Assembly (NCBI GenBank): GCA_965215225.1
Contig: OZ244039.1
Span: 1,725,353-1,789,352 of the forward strand
Reading direction: 5' to 3'
Length of the DNA stretch: 64,000 nucleotides
Origin: Gammaproteobacteria bacterium
Lineage (GTDB): Bacteria > Pseudomonadota > Gammaproteobacteria > CBDBNL01 > JAAOII01
Shown piece by piece: positions 39,188 to 49,319 of this stretch (positions are counted from its first letter, which is position 1; each line of letters opens with the position of its first letter). Below the pieces are notes generated by a model, which was not told the DNA's origin, searched no databases, and was given only the letters and a program-made list of their open reading frames with translations. The position numbers were made by a program, and so were the translations under genes.

Positions 39188-40226
39188 TGAGAAATGAGCG
39201 GTTCTCTTCTGGTAATCCTATGGACACTCTTAGGCAATTAGCCAATAAAGGATGGCTATTATGAAGATTGCGCACCAGGATCTTCTGCTCTTTCAAGAGG
39301 TCAAAAACTTCTTGAGCCGATTTGTTCAAACAACGAAAGAGCAGAAAATTGGTCTGACTAGGATAGACTTCGACGGAAGCCATTGATTGCATATCTTGAT
39401 AGAGCTGCTCCCTTTGCTCGACTATCAATCTTGCCTTAGCGTAAAAATAATCTAACTGGCCTAGTGCCCACTCAACACTGGCAAGGGTTAATGCATTGAT
39501 GTTATAGGGAAGACGAATCTTCTGAAGCTCGCCAATGAGGTAAGGATCGGCCGCCAAGAAACCAAACCGAAGCCCTGCCAGCCCCAACTTAGAAAGAGTC
39601 CTCATTAATACTAGATTATTATGCCGTTTTAGAGATGGCAAGGAAAGGGAATCGGCAAAGAAACAATAGGCTTGATCTACCACTACCAGCCCCTCAGTCG
39701 CTTGAAGGGTCTGTTCTACTAGGTCGGCAGAGAAGAAGTTACCAGTCGGGTTGTTCGGCAGAGAAAGAAAGATGAGTTCTGGTTTATGCTGCCTAACCGC
39801 CTGAACGAATTTTTCTGTTGATAGGGAAAAATCCTCCTCTAAGGAAACACCTATATATGTCGCTCCTACTACACGGGCCAAATGTTCATACATTACAAAA
39901 CTTGGGCTAGGACTGAGTAGTTTTTTGCTGCCGGTTAGAAGCAATAACAACAGAATAAGTTCATCTGAGCCATTCCCCAGCAATAGACTATCAGGCAAAT
40001 CGAAAGAACGGGCAAGAGAACGAAGAAAGTCGCGCTGATGAGAAATAGGATAGCGATTGATTTCCGCTTTCTTCAATGCAGCCAGCCACTTGGATTCTAG
40101 CTCTTCGAGCCCATAAGGACTTTCCATCGCATTGAGGCGAACACTAGCTGGCGAACTGGCGCGTAGAGCCTCATAGGGCGGCAGCTTGCCAAGAGCAAAG
40201 GGGATGAGTTTGCTTAGGTCTGTCAT
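39162..40226 (-). CDS. hisC: histidinol-phosphate aminotransferase
   Basis: Class I/II aminotransferase, 354 aa, with a PLP-site region (...LRTLSKLGLAGLRFGF...). It lies directly downstream of hisD. Confidence 0.75.
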   Translation of the reverse strand: MTDLSKLIPFALGKLPPYEALRASSPASVRLNAMESPYGLEELESKWLAALKKAEINRYPISHQRDFLRSLARSFDLPDSLLLGNGSDELILLLLLLTGSKKLLSPSPSFVMYEHLARVVGATYIGVSLEEDFSLSTEKFVQAVRQHKPELIFLSLPNNPTGNFFSADLVEQTLQATEGLVVVDQAYCFFADSLSLPSLKRHNNLVLMRTLSKLGLAGLRFGFLAADPYLIGELQKIRLPYNINALTLASVEWALGQLDYFYAKARLIVEQREQLYQDMQSMASVEVYPSQTNFLLFRCLNKSAQEVFDLLKEQKILVRNLHNSHPLLANCLRVSIGLPEENRSFLNGLANALS

Positions 40227-40264
40227 CTAAGTTCTTATATTTGGCTAAAAGCTCTCATGCTTGG

Positions 40265-41575
40265 CTAAAGGCTCTTATCTGGCTGAAGGCTCTCTTGGCT
40301 CAGGGCTCTTAATTTAGCCGAGAGAGAATGGGCAAACAGCCCTTCGGTCTCGGCTAGGGTTTGGGCAGGACCTGCCAACTCAGCCGCCGCTTCCTTATTG
40401 AGATTCACTAATGAAACCCTCTTGACAAAATCATAAACTCCTAAGGGAGAAGAGAAAGTACCAGCAGGTGAGGTAGGCAGAATATGGTTGGTGCCAATAC
40501 AGTAATCACCAAAAACAACTGGGCTATGATAGCCGCAAAAAATAGCTGGTGGGCGAGTGAGCAATCTGCTATGCTCCTCGCTGTTTGCTGTCATCAACTG
40601 GGTATGCTCGGCAGCCAACTGATTAACGAGAATTAAGGCTTCTTCTATATCGCGGGTTTTAATGGCAAGACCGCGATTTTCTAATGACTGTTCAATAATC
40701 GAACGGCGAGGTTGACTAGCCACAAGTTCTTTGATACTAAGCGCCACTTCTGCCAATAGGTCTTCATAGGGCGAAAAGAGAAAGGCACCGGCATAGGGAT
40801 CATGTTCTGCTTGAGCACATAGGTCTGCCGCTACCCATTCGGGCGGCGCCTGCTCATCTGCCACTATGGCAACCTCCGAAGGACCAGCTATGAGGTCTAT
40901 GCCTACCTTGCCATAGACCAGCCTCTTTGCTTCGGCAACATAAGAATTGCCCGGCCCCACTATCTTAGCAACAGGTTCAATCGTCTGTGTGCCATAGGCC
41001 ATGGCGGCTATAGCCTGAGCGCCTCCCAAACAATAGAGCCTGGTGATTGCTGGATTCATATGAGCACAAGCGAGAATGATATCGGATGGGCGACCATTGG
41101 TAGCTGGACTGAATACTACTAGCTCCTTAACGCCAGCAAGTTGGGCGGGAATAGCAGCCATCAACAGACTAGAAGGATAACAAGCACTACCGCCAGGAAC
41201 ATAGATTCCCACCCTTTCTAAAGGGAAAACAAGCTGTCGGAGCGAGCCCTTGGTTAGATTGGCGGGAAGCTCTTGACGAGAGTGATAAGCGGTGATATTG
41301 TCAGCAGCCGTCTGTAAGGCAGTCATAATAGCAGGGGGAATTCTCTCGGCCGCCGAGGCAAAAGCCGACCTCTCATATATTAGCTCTTCTACATTCTCAG
41401 CCCTAACGCCATCGTATTTTGCCGCCAATTCTAATAGGGCCCTATCCCCCTTTTGAGACACCGCCTCAAGAATGGCAAGAACCCTCTGAGTCAAAGCTTG
41501 TGGTTGTCTAGCGCGCTCTTGTATCCTAGCCCAGCAAGCAAGAAAGTCCGATTGGTCAGTGCTAAGTGATCTCAT
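40265..41575 (-). CDS. hisD: histidinol dehydrogenase
   Basis: 436 aa with the conserved HisD block IYVPGGSACYPSSLLMAAIPAQLAGV and His/Glu metal ligands (QAEHD). Confidence 0.9.
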   Translation of the reverse strand: MRSLSTDQSDFLACWARIQERARQPQALTQRVLAILEAVSQKGDRALLELAAKYDGVRAENVEELIYERSAFASAAERIPPAIMTALQTAADNITAYHSRQELPANLTKGSLRQLVFPLERVGIYVPGGSACYPSSLLMAAIPAQLAGVKELVVFSPATNGRPSDIILACAHMNPAITRLYCLGGAQAIAAMAYGTQTIEPVAKIVGPGNSYVAEAKRLVYGKVGIDLIAGPSEVAIVADEQAPPEWVAADLCAQAEHDPYAGAFLFSPYEDLLAEVALSIKELVASQPRRSIIEQSLENRGLAIKTRDIEEALILVNQLAAEHTQLMTANSEEHSRLLTRPPAIFCGYHSPVVFGDYCIGTNHILPTSPAGTFSSPLGVYDFVKRVSLVNLNKEAAAELAGPAQTLAETEGLFAHSLSAKLRALSQESLQPDKSL

Positions 41576-41675
41576 AATGAGATTATATGCTTTGTTTAAG
41601 GTTTGCTAATTCAACTGAAAAGATAGCCGATTAAAAGAAGAAGCTATGAGAATTCAGCCGCGCCAGAATTTCTTG

Positions 41676-42479
41676 TTATAGATTTTGGTTGAGGAAATCT
41701 ATGGTTCTTTTATAAGCCAGATTGGCTGCCTCTTGATTATAGCTAGGATTGTCTGGATTGGCAAAACCATGCCCGGCATTAGGATAGATGAAAACCTGAT
41801 GGTCGCCGGCAAGAGTTTTCAGTTTGATCTGAAATTGTTTAACATCACTGACCTTAATGCTTCTGTCCTCTTCACCAAAATGACCTAATATACTCGCCCT
41901 CATCTTATCAAGGTCATCGGCTGGGTTAAATCTACCATAATAGATTACCGAAGCCTTGGCACCTAAATTGTTCTTGGCTATCTGATAAGACCAGCCACCA
42001 CCAAAGCACCAGCCGACCGAAGCGAGCTTATCCGCCTGGACGCGAGGATGTTCTTTCAAATAGGAAAAAGCAGCGCGCAGATTGGCAAAAGCGCCTTCCA
42101 TATTTCCTCTCACTCGCCCAGCAAGTTGGCGAGCCTGAGCTGGTGTGCTACCATACTCACCATCATAAAGATCTACCGCCAGGGCCACATAGCCCTCACT
42201 AGCAAATTGACGCGCCTTAGCACGAATGTCGTCATTTAATCCCCACCATTCATGGATAAGAACAACAGCAGGATAGCTGTTTTGCAAAGCTGGGAAGGCA
42301 AGGTAGCCTTGGACCTTGGCACTTGGGGTGGAATGATAAACCACCTCCGCTGTCTCTATCTTAATTTCTGCAACTTCCGCAATTTCTGCTTCCGCCTTGA
42401 TTAAGGCTAGCGGCAGAAAAGACAAGACAGCAAATAAAATTTTCAAATATGACATTGTCTTCATTTCAACCATTTTCAA
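41676..42479 (-). CDS. dienelactone hydrolase family protein (secreted)
   Basis: Signal peptide, then VVLIHEWWGLNDDIRAKARQFASEGYVALAVDLY and GWCFGG (nucleophile elbow), typical of the DLH fold. Confidence 0.75.
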   Translation of the reverse strand: MKMVEMKTMSYLKILFAVLSFLPLALIKAEAEIAEVAEIKIETAEVVYHSTPSAKVQGYLAFPALQNSYPAVVLIHEWWGLNDDIRAKARQFASEGYVALAVDLYDGEYGSTPAQARQLAGRVRGNMEGAFANLRAAFSYLKEHPRVQADKLASVGWCFGGGWSYQIAKNNLGAKASVIYYGRFNPADDLDKMRASILGHFGEEDRSIKVSDVKQFQIKLKTLAGDHQVFIYPNAGHGFANPDNPSYNQEAANLAYKRTIDFLNQNL

Positions 42480-42656
42480 TTCTTCTCTTTATTATAAAGA
42501 GAAAGGTTTGATTAATTCATTTATTCTAACTAATGAGCGTCTTTGAAGATTGAAATTGAGCGGCCAATCAAAATGAGTCATCTATTTTGAGGAGGGAAGC
42601 AGACTAGCCAAACGGGTTTATTTGGAGTGCCCCTGTCCTAGCCGTTTCGGTTGGAG

Positions 42657-44972
42657 CTAGGGAAACAGCTCGTCTAAACGGGTCTGATTTAGTTCGGGTT
42701 GTCCAGTGCTATTCAAATACCACCAGCTACGCCATTCGGCAGGAGCTATGGGAGTGCATTCAATAGCGGGATACTCATCCGACTCACCAAAATCCCAGAT
42801 AAGATTGGCATCGATGTCTTCACCAGTTTCAATGCTCCCACTATTATCCCTATCACACCAAACAGCTAATGGTTCGTCAATCATACTACCATCGTCAAAC
42901 ACAACTGGGTTCTCGTCCCATTTGACATAAATCCCTGTATAGGGAGTTGGCATCTGAAGTTGACTACTAGTCTTGGCTTCACCATGGTTGCCATCAGCAT
43001 GAGTGACGCCAGTAGCATTGTACCAATAGGAATTAACTCCAGCCCCACTTCCTTCCCCAACCAGCATACGAGTAATACTGCCTGAGACCACATAAGAATA
43101 AGCAACCTTGCTAGAAGAGTCAAATCTTCCCGCCAGACCACCTATCGGATTCAGCCCGCTCAACTCATCCACCACAACCGATGAAGAATAAATCTGAGCC
43201 GATGGACCCCACCCCACCAGACCGCCTATATAAAGACCATTAATCCCACTCACTTCACCCGCCACAACCGAAGATGAAAAAACACGAGCTGAAGCACCAA
43301 ACCCCACCAGACCGCCTATAACATTACCAACCCCTCCCACCGCACCTGCCACAACCGATGAAGAATGAATCAGGCTCCCTTCACCATTCCCTACCAGACC
43401 GCCTATATTACCAGCACCCCCAAACACCATACCCATCACAACCGATGAAGAATAAATCCGAGCGGATTGACCATGGCCCACCAGACCACCCACATTTTGA
43501 GCCCCGGACGTCTCACCCACCACAACTGAAGAAGAATAAATCCGAACGGATTGACCATGGCCCACCAGACTACCTATATGGCTGCCAATACCTCTCACCC
43601 TATCCACCACAACCGAAGCAGAATGAATCCGAGCCGATTCACCATCCCCTACCAAACCGCCTACCCTAATCCTACCTATCACTGCCTCGGCACTAAGAGT
43701 CAAATTACGAATCTCTGAATTATCAGCTATATGGCCAAACAAACCCACACAATCCTCACCTGAACGACTGATATTCAAATCACTAATCATAAAACCATTG
43801 CCTTCAAAGGTCCCACTAAAAGCAGTTCCTTGACATCCGGGACCACTAGCTGTATCATGACCCAAGGGTTGCCAGCCTTTGCCGCCATCGTCATCCGCAT
43901 AGTCCGCAAGACTTATATTCGCAACCAGCTCATAACCAGAACAAGAAGTGATGCCGTCGGCACCACCACAGCCAGTTTGGTCAAGGTTGCCACCCGCCAT
44001 GGAACGATAGCCGCTGCCATCCAGTTGATGACGGACCGCATTTAATTCCTCATGTGTTCTTATCTCTATCAACCCATCCCCATCATCATCTACATCCTCC
44101 ACCGCATCCTCACAACCATCGCCATCTTTGTCGTTGTCAGAGGTAGAGACAAAATTTGAATTTTGACTGGTAGGACATTGGTCTGAATCATCTCTTATAC
44201 CGTCATTATCGTCATCATCACTGGGACCACCTGTTCCCGGATCGCCATTCCCAGGATCAGGCGGGGGCTCCGGCTCCCCAGCTAACTTCTCATCTAAAAA
44301 GTCCGCTATGCCATTGCCATCTCCATCCTCCCCTATGGCTATCCGCCCACGAACCGAACCACCTGTCGTATCATTATAGTCCGCTAAATTCCTCTCTACC
44401 GGCCGCCACGCTATTCCCCTATCACCAACCCGAGCACCATCCGCCAGTGTCTCTTCATAGGAAAAAGTAAATTCATATTCCCTCCCCGACACAAGACCCC
44501 CAAAAATATAACCCGATATCAAATCCTCCAACGAAAGACCTGGACTCATCTCCTGTCCAGTAAGCTTCCCTTCCGCATCATAAGACCTGGCATTAATACG
44601 GACCGCCGTTATGTTCCTACCAGCATAGGCCGCCCCATTTGTCAAAGTAATACTAACCCCGCCATCAAAAGGACTGAACGCTAATACAAAGGGGTCGTCT
44701 TCCGAACTGTCACTCCCCGAACCACCGCCTGAACCTCCACCGCCGCCGCCAGCACAAGCAGTAAAAACAACTGATAAGAAACCCGCCGCAACTAAGAAGA
44801 AGAGAAACCGTCCCAGCCGACTAAGCGGAATCAAGGGGGTATGATCTAGGCACAAGGCCAGATAAGAGAAGTAGAAGCGGAACCTAGCCGCTCCGAATAA
44901 TAAAAATTGGGTTGCTTTTGCCAATTTTACATTTGCCATAATAATTCTTTTTGTCATTTTCATCTTCACCAT
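42657..44972 (-). CDS. surface lipoprotein with thrombospondin type-3 Ca-binding repeats and GLUG repeats (paralog 1, 771 aa)
   Basis: Lipobox (FLSVVFTAC), a poly-Gly/Ser linker, Asp-rich TSP3-like repeats (DDDDNDGIRDDSDQCP...DNDKDGDGCEDAVEDVDDDGDGL), about 10 GLUG units (GGLVG.G.SARI.SSSVV) and a conserved C-terminal domain (AVWCD.DNSGSIE...IWDFGESDEYPAI.CTP.AP..WR.WW). Confidence 0.75.
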   Translation of the reverse strand: MVKMKMTKRIIMANVKLAKATQFLLFGAARFRFYFSYLALCLDHTPLIPLSRLGRFLFFLVAAGFLSVVFTACAGGGGGGSGGGSGSDSSEDDPFVLAFSPFDGGVSITLTNGAAYAGRNITAVRINARSYDAEGKLTGQEMSPGLSLEDLISGYIFGGLVSGREYEFTFSYEETLADGARVGDRGIAWRPVERNLADYNDTTGGSVRGRIAIGEDGDGNGIADFLDEKLAGEPEPPPDPGNGDPGTGGPSDDDDNDGIRDDSDQCPTSQNSNFVSTSDNDKDGDGCEDAVEDVDDDGDGLIEIRTHEELNAVRHQLDGSGYRSMAGGNLDQTGCGGADGITSCSGYELVANISLADYADDDGGKGWQPLGHDTASGPGCQGTAFSGTFEGNGFMISDLNISRSGEDCVGLFGHIADNSEIRNLTLSAEAVIGRIRVGGLVGDGESARIHSASVVVDRVRGIGSHIGSLVGHGQSVRIYSSSVVVGETSGAQNVGGLVGHGQSARIYSSSVVMGMVFGGAGNIGGLVGNGEGSLIHSSSVVAGAVGGVGNVIGGLVGFGASARVFSSSVVAGEVSGINGLYIGGLVGWGPSAQIYSSSVVVDELSGLNPIGGLAGRFDSSSKVAYSYVVSGSITRMLVGEGSGAGVNSYWYNATGVTHADGNHGEAKTSSQLQMPTPYTGIYVKWDENPVVFDDGSMIDEPLAVWCDRDNSGSIETGEDIDANLIWDFGESDEYPAIECTPIAPAEWRSWWYLNSTGQPELNQTRLDELFP

Positions 44973-45334
44973 AATTTGCTATTAATAAAAAAGATTAAAG
45001 TCCTTCAACCAAAGGTAGAATTCATTATACCCCTTTTGGTCTTTTCTTCCATCTTTTTCATCTTTTTTTTTTGCATCTTTCTCGTCTTTTTTTTCATCTT
45101 TTTGTCTTTTTATTTCCAAACGAAAACTAGGTTCATAAGGATAACTGGTTTATCATTATACTCAAATTAAGGCAGCCATAGAACAAATAGCAAGAAATCT
45201 TTGGTTGATTAACAAGAAACCTTTGATTATTCTGACTAATGAAAGCCTTTTGTAGATTGAAATAAAACCACCGGCTATGCCATTCCCCATTCAAATAGCT
45301 GGGGGAGGGTCTAAGTCAAAGTAAGTTGTCAGTT

Positions 45335-46990
45335 TGAGAAGGGAAGAAAAGAAGCAGATTAGCCAAAGGGGGCTAGTTGGAGTGGGCCTGTCCTAGCTGT
45401 TTGGGTTGAGGCTAGGGAAGCAGATTAACCAAAGGGGCTAGTTGGAGTGGGACTGTCCTAGCCGTTTCGGTTGAGGCTAGGGAAGCAGATTAGCCAAAGG
45501 GGGTTAGTTGGAGTGGGCCTGTCCTAGCTGTTTGGGTTGAGGCTAGGGAAGTAAATTAGCCAAAGGGGGCTGGTTGGAATGGGTCTGTCCTAGCCTTTTG
45601 GGTTGAGGCTAGGGAAGTAAATTAGCCAAAGGGGGCTGGTTGGAATGGGTCTGTCCTAGCTGTTTGGGTTGCAGCTAGGGAAGCAAATTAGCCAAAGGGG
45701 GCTAGTTGGAGTGGGTTTGTCCTAGCTGTTTGGGTTGAGGCTAGGGAAGCAAATTAGCCAAAGGGAGCTAGTTGGAGTGGGACTGTCCTAGCCGTTTCGG
45801 TTGAGGCTAGGGAAGTAAATTAGCCAAAGGGGGCTGGTTGGAGTGGGTCTGTCCTAGCCTTTTGGGTTGAGGCTAGGGAAGTAAATTAGCCAAAGGGGGC
45901 TGGTTGGAATGGGTCTGTCCTAGCCTTTTGGGTTGAGGCTAGGGAAGTAAATTAGCCAAAGGGGGCTGGTTGGAATGGGTCTGTCCTAGCTGTTTGGGTT
46001 GAGGCTAGGGAAGCAGATTAGCCAAAGGGGGCTAGTTGGAGTGGGCCTGTCCTAGCCGTTTCGGTTGAGGCTAGGGAAGCAAATTAACCAAAGGGGGCTA
46101 GTTGGAGTGGGACTGTCCTAGCCGTTTCGGTTGAGGCTAGGGAAGCAGATTAACCAAAGGGGGCTAGTTGGAGTGGGACTGTCCTAGCTGTTTGGGTTGA
46201 GGCTAGGGAAGCAAATTAGCCAAAGGAAGCTAGTTGGAGTGGGACTGTCCTAGCTGTTTGGGTTGCAGCTAGGGAAGCAGATTAACCAAAGGGGGCTAGT
46301 TGGAGTGGGCCTGTCCTAGCTGTTTGGGTTGAGGCTAGGAAAGCAAATTAGCCAAAGGGGGCTAGTTGGAGTGGGTCTGTCCTAGCCGTTTGGGTTGAGG
46401 CTAGGAAAGCAGATTAACCAAAGGGGGTTAGTTGGAGTGGGCCTGTCCTGGCCGTTTCGGTTGAGGCTAGGGAAGCAGATTAGCCAAAGGGGTCTAGTTG
46501 GAGTGGGTCTGTCCTAGCTGTTTGGGTTGAGGCTAGGGAAGTAAATTAGCCAAAGGGGGCTAGTTGGAGTGGGACTGTCCTAGCTGTTTGGGTTGAGGCT
46601 AGGGAAGCAAATTAGCCAAAGGGGGCTAGTTGGAGTGGGCCTGTCCTAGCTGTTTGAGTTGAGGCTAGGGAAGCAGATTAGCCAAAGGGGGCTAGTTGGA
46701 GTGGGCCTGTCCTAGCTGTTTGAGTTGAGGCTAGGGAAGCAAATTAACCAAAGGGGGCTAGTTGGAGTGGGCCTGTCCTAGCTGTTTGGGTTGCAGCTAG
46801 GGAAGCAAATTAGCCAAAGGGGGTTAGTTGGAGTGGGTCTGTCCTAGCCGTTTCGGTTGAGGCTAGGGAAGCAAATTAACCAAAGGGGGCTAGTTGGAGT
46901 GGGTCTGTCCTAGCTGTTTGGGTTGAAGCTAGGGAAGCAGACTAGCCAAACGGGTTTATTTGGAGTGCCCCTGTCCTAGCCGTTTCGGTT
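45335..46990. repeat. 66-bp tandem repeat array (about 25 units; consensus GGCTAGGGAAGCAGATTAGCCAAAGGGGGCTAGTTGGAGTGGGCCTGTCCTAGCTGTTTGGGTTGA)
   Basis: Visible periodicity. Each unit has inverted elements gctaggg/cctagc and derives from the 3'-terminal coding sequence of the adjacent GLUG gene. Confidence 0.9.
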
Positions 46991-46994
46991 GGAG

Positions 46995-48929
46995 CTATTG
47001 AAGCAGATCGTCCAAACGAGCCCGGTCTAGTTCGGGTTTGCCACTCGCATTCAAAGACCACCAATCACGCCAATCGTCAGGAGCTAGCGGAGTGCAGCGA
47101 ATGGCGGGATATTGACTTGAAGTGCCGAAGTTCCAGATGAGATTGCCAGGGGTTTGTTCATCTGACTCTATGCTCCCACTGTTATCTTCATCACACCAGA
47201 CCGCCAATGGCACGTTCCCATCACCAAACAGATCTGTGTTATCGTCCCAAGTGGCATAAATATCTGTATAGTTAGTTGGACTGCGGAGATCGCTAGTGGT
47301 CTTGGCTTCACCATGATTGCCATTAGTGACGCCACTAGTATCACTGTCCCAATAGGAAGCAACTCCAGTCCCACTTCCTTGCCCAACCAGCGGCATAGTA
47401 GCACTGCCTGAGACCATGTAAGAATAAGCAACCCGACCAGCAGCAAAATCTCCCACCAGACCACCCGTAGGAATACCCCCTCTCACCTCACCCACCACAA
47501 CCGAAGAAGAATGAATTCGAGCACCTAGACCAGCCCCCACCAGACCACCTGTACTACTCTGTCCACTCACCTGAGCCGCTATAGCCGAAGAAGAAAAAAT
47601 GCTAGCATTTTGACCAAATCCTACCAGTCCGCCTGAATAAATACCAGCTACATCTGACGCTCTCACCTCAGCTGCCACAACCGAAGAAGAATAAATTCGA
47701 GCATTTGAACCATCCCCCACCAGACCACCTATAGTACTACTCCCGCTCACCTCAGCTGCCACCACCGAAGAAGAAACAATCCGAGCCGAGTTACCATCCC
47801 CCACCAGACCACCTACCCCAAACTTACCTATCACTGCCTCGGCACGAAGAATCAAATTGCGAATGGTTGCACCAGGGGCAAGATGCCCAAATAAACCCAC
47901 ACAATCTTCACCTGAACGACTAATGCTCAAATTGCTAATCATAAAACCATTGCCTTCAAAGGTCCCACTAAAAGCAGTTCCTTGACATCCTCTGGCAACT
48001 CTATCTGTATCTTGACCCAAGGGCTGCCAGCCTTTGCCGCTATCATAATCCACATAGTCTGCCAGACTTATATTATCAACCAGCTCATAACCAGAACAAG
48101 AAGTGATGCCGCCGGTACCACCACAGCCAGTGGTGTCGGCCGCCCCAGTATCCAATAGCTTGCGCCCGCTACCATCCAGTTGATGACGCACCGCATTTAA
48201 TTCCTCATGTGTTCTTATCTCTATCAACCCATCCCCATCATCATCTACATCAACATCATCTAGATAGGCATCATTATCATCATTATCATCTACACTATCC
48301 GCTCGCCTATCTCCATCCGTATCCAGCCCCGACCGAATACCGTCCCCGGCGTGATCATCATGATTCTCAGGCCAAACAAAAACTATATTCACCTCCTGCT
48401 CCCTGCTATCGCTAAGAATCCCAGTAATCTGAAACTTCCAATCTCGGTCAGCTAGCCCAGTAAAATCATAGCTGTCATTAGCAAATTCGTCTATGTTGAT
48501 ACTTCTCTCTACAACCTCGCTTCCACTAGTTGCCGTAATCTTCAAAGAAGTGAAACTGCTAAAGTCCGATTGGCTGCCTATTTGAAACCCACCCCTTATA
48601 GGAGCAAAAGTGAGACTCGCGTTAAAAACTCCCAGAACCATCGCGCCGTTTCCTGGACCATTGCCATCCATCGAACTATTGTTTACCGGACCACCATCAC
48701 CCGAACTGCCACCACCCCCGCCGCCAGCACAAGCAGTAAGAACAACTGATAAGAAACCAGCCGCAACTAAGAAGAAGAGGAACCGTCCCAGCCTACTAAG
48801 CAGAGTCAGGGGGGCATGATAAGAGAAATAGAAGCAGAACCTAGCCGCTCCGAATAATAAGAATTGGGTTGCTTTTGCCATTTTTATATTTGCCATAATA
48901 GTTCCTTTTACCATTTTTACATTCTCCAT
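46995..48929 (-). CDS. surface lipoprotein with TSP3-like and GLUG repeats (paralog 2, 644 aa)
   Basis: Same N-terminal region, lipobox LTAC and conserved C-terminal domain as paralog 1, with a different central region. It has Asp-rich DDNDDNDAYLDDVDVDDDGDGL and GLUG units. Confidence 0.75.
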   Translation of the reverse strand: MENVKMVKGTIMANIKMAKATQFLLFGAARFCFYFSYHAPLTLLSRLGRFLFFLVAAGFLSVVLTACAGGGGGGSSGDGGPVNNSSMDGNGPGNGAMVLGVFNASLTFAPIRGGFQIGSQSDFSSFTSLKITATSGSEVVERSINIDEFANDSYDFTGLADRDWKFQITGILSDSREQEVNIVFVWPENHDDHAGDGIRSGLDTDGDRRADSVDDNDDNDAYLDDVDVDDDGDGLIEIRTHEELNAVRHQLDGSGRKLLDTGAADTTGCGGTGGITSCSGYELVDNISLADYVDYDSGKGWQPLGQDTDRVARGCQGTAFSGTFEGNGFMISNLSISRSGEDCVGLFGHLAPGATIRNLILRAEAVIGKFGVGGLVGDGNSARIVSSSVVAAEVSGSSTIGGLVGDGSNARIYSSSVVAAEVRASDVAGIYSGGLVGFGQNASIFSSSAIAAQVSGQSSTGGLVGAGLGARIHSSSVVVGEVRGGIPTGGLVGDFAAGRVAYSYMVSGSATMPLVGQGSGTGVASYWDSDTSGVTNGNHGEAKTTSDLRSPTNYTDIYATWDDNTDLFGDGNVPLAVWCDEDNSGSIESDEQTPGNLIWNFGTSSQYPAIRCTPLAPDDWRDWWSLNASGKPELDRARLDDLLQ

Positions 48930-49319
48930 AATTGGTTTTAATAAAAAAATCCTTCAACTAAAGGTGGAATTTATTATACCCTTTTTTGTCTTCTTTTCGT
49001 CTTTTCTGTCTTTTTTTTCAACTTTTTTGCTTTTTTTCCATCTTTTTGTTCTCTTTTGGTCTTTTTTTCATCTTTTTGTTTTTTTTTTCCAAACGAAAAC
49101 TAGGTTCATAAGGATAACTGGTTTATCATTATACTCAAATTAAGGCAGCCATAGAACAAATAGCAAGAAATCTTTGGTTGATTAACAAGAAACCTTTGAT
49201 TATTCTGACTAATGAAAGCCTTTTGTAGATTGAAATAAAACCACCGGCTATGCCATTCCCCATTCAAATAGCTGGGGGAGGGTCTAAGTCAAAGTAAGTT
49301 GTCAGTTTGAGAAGGGAAG

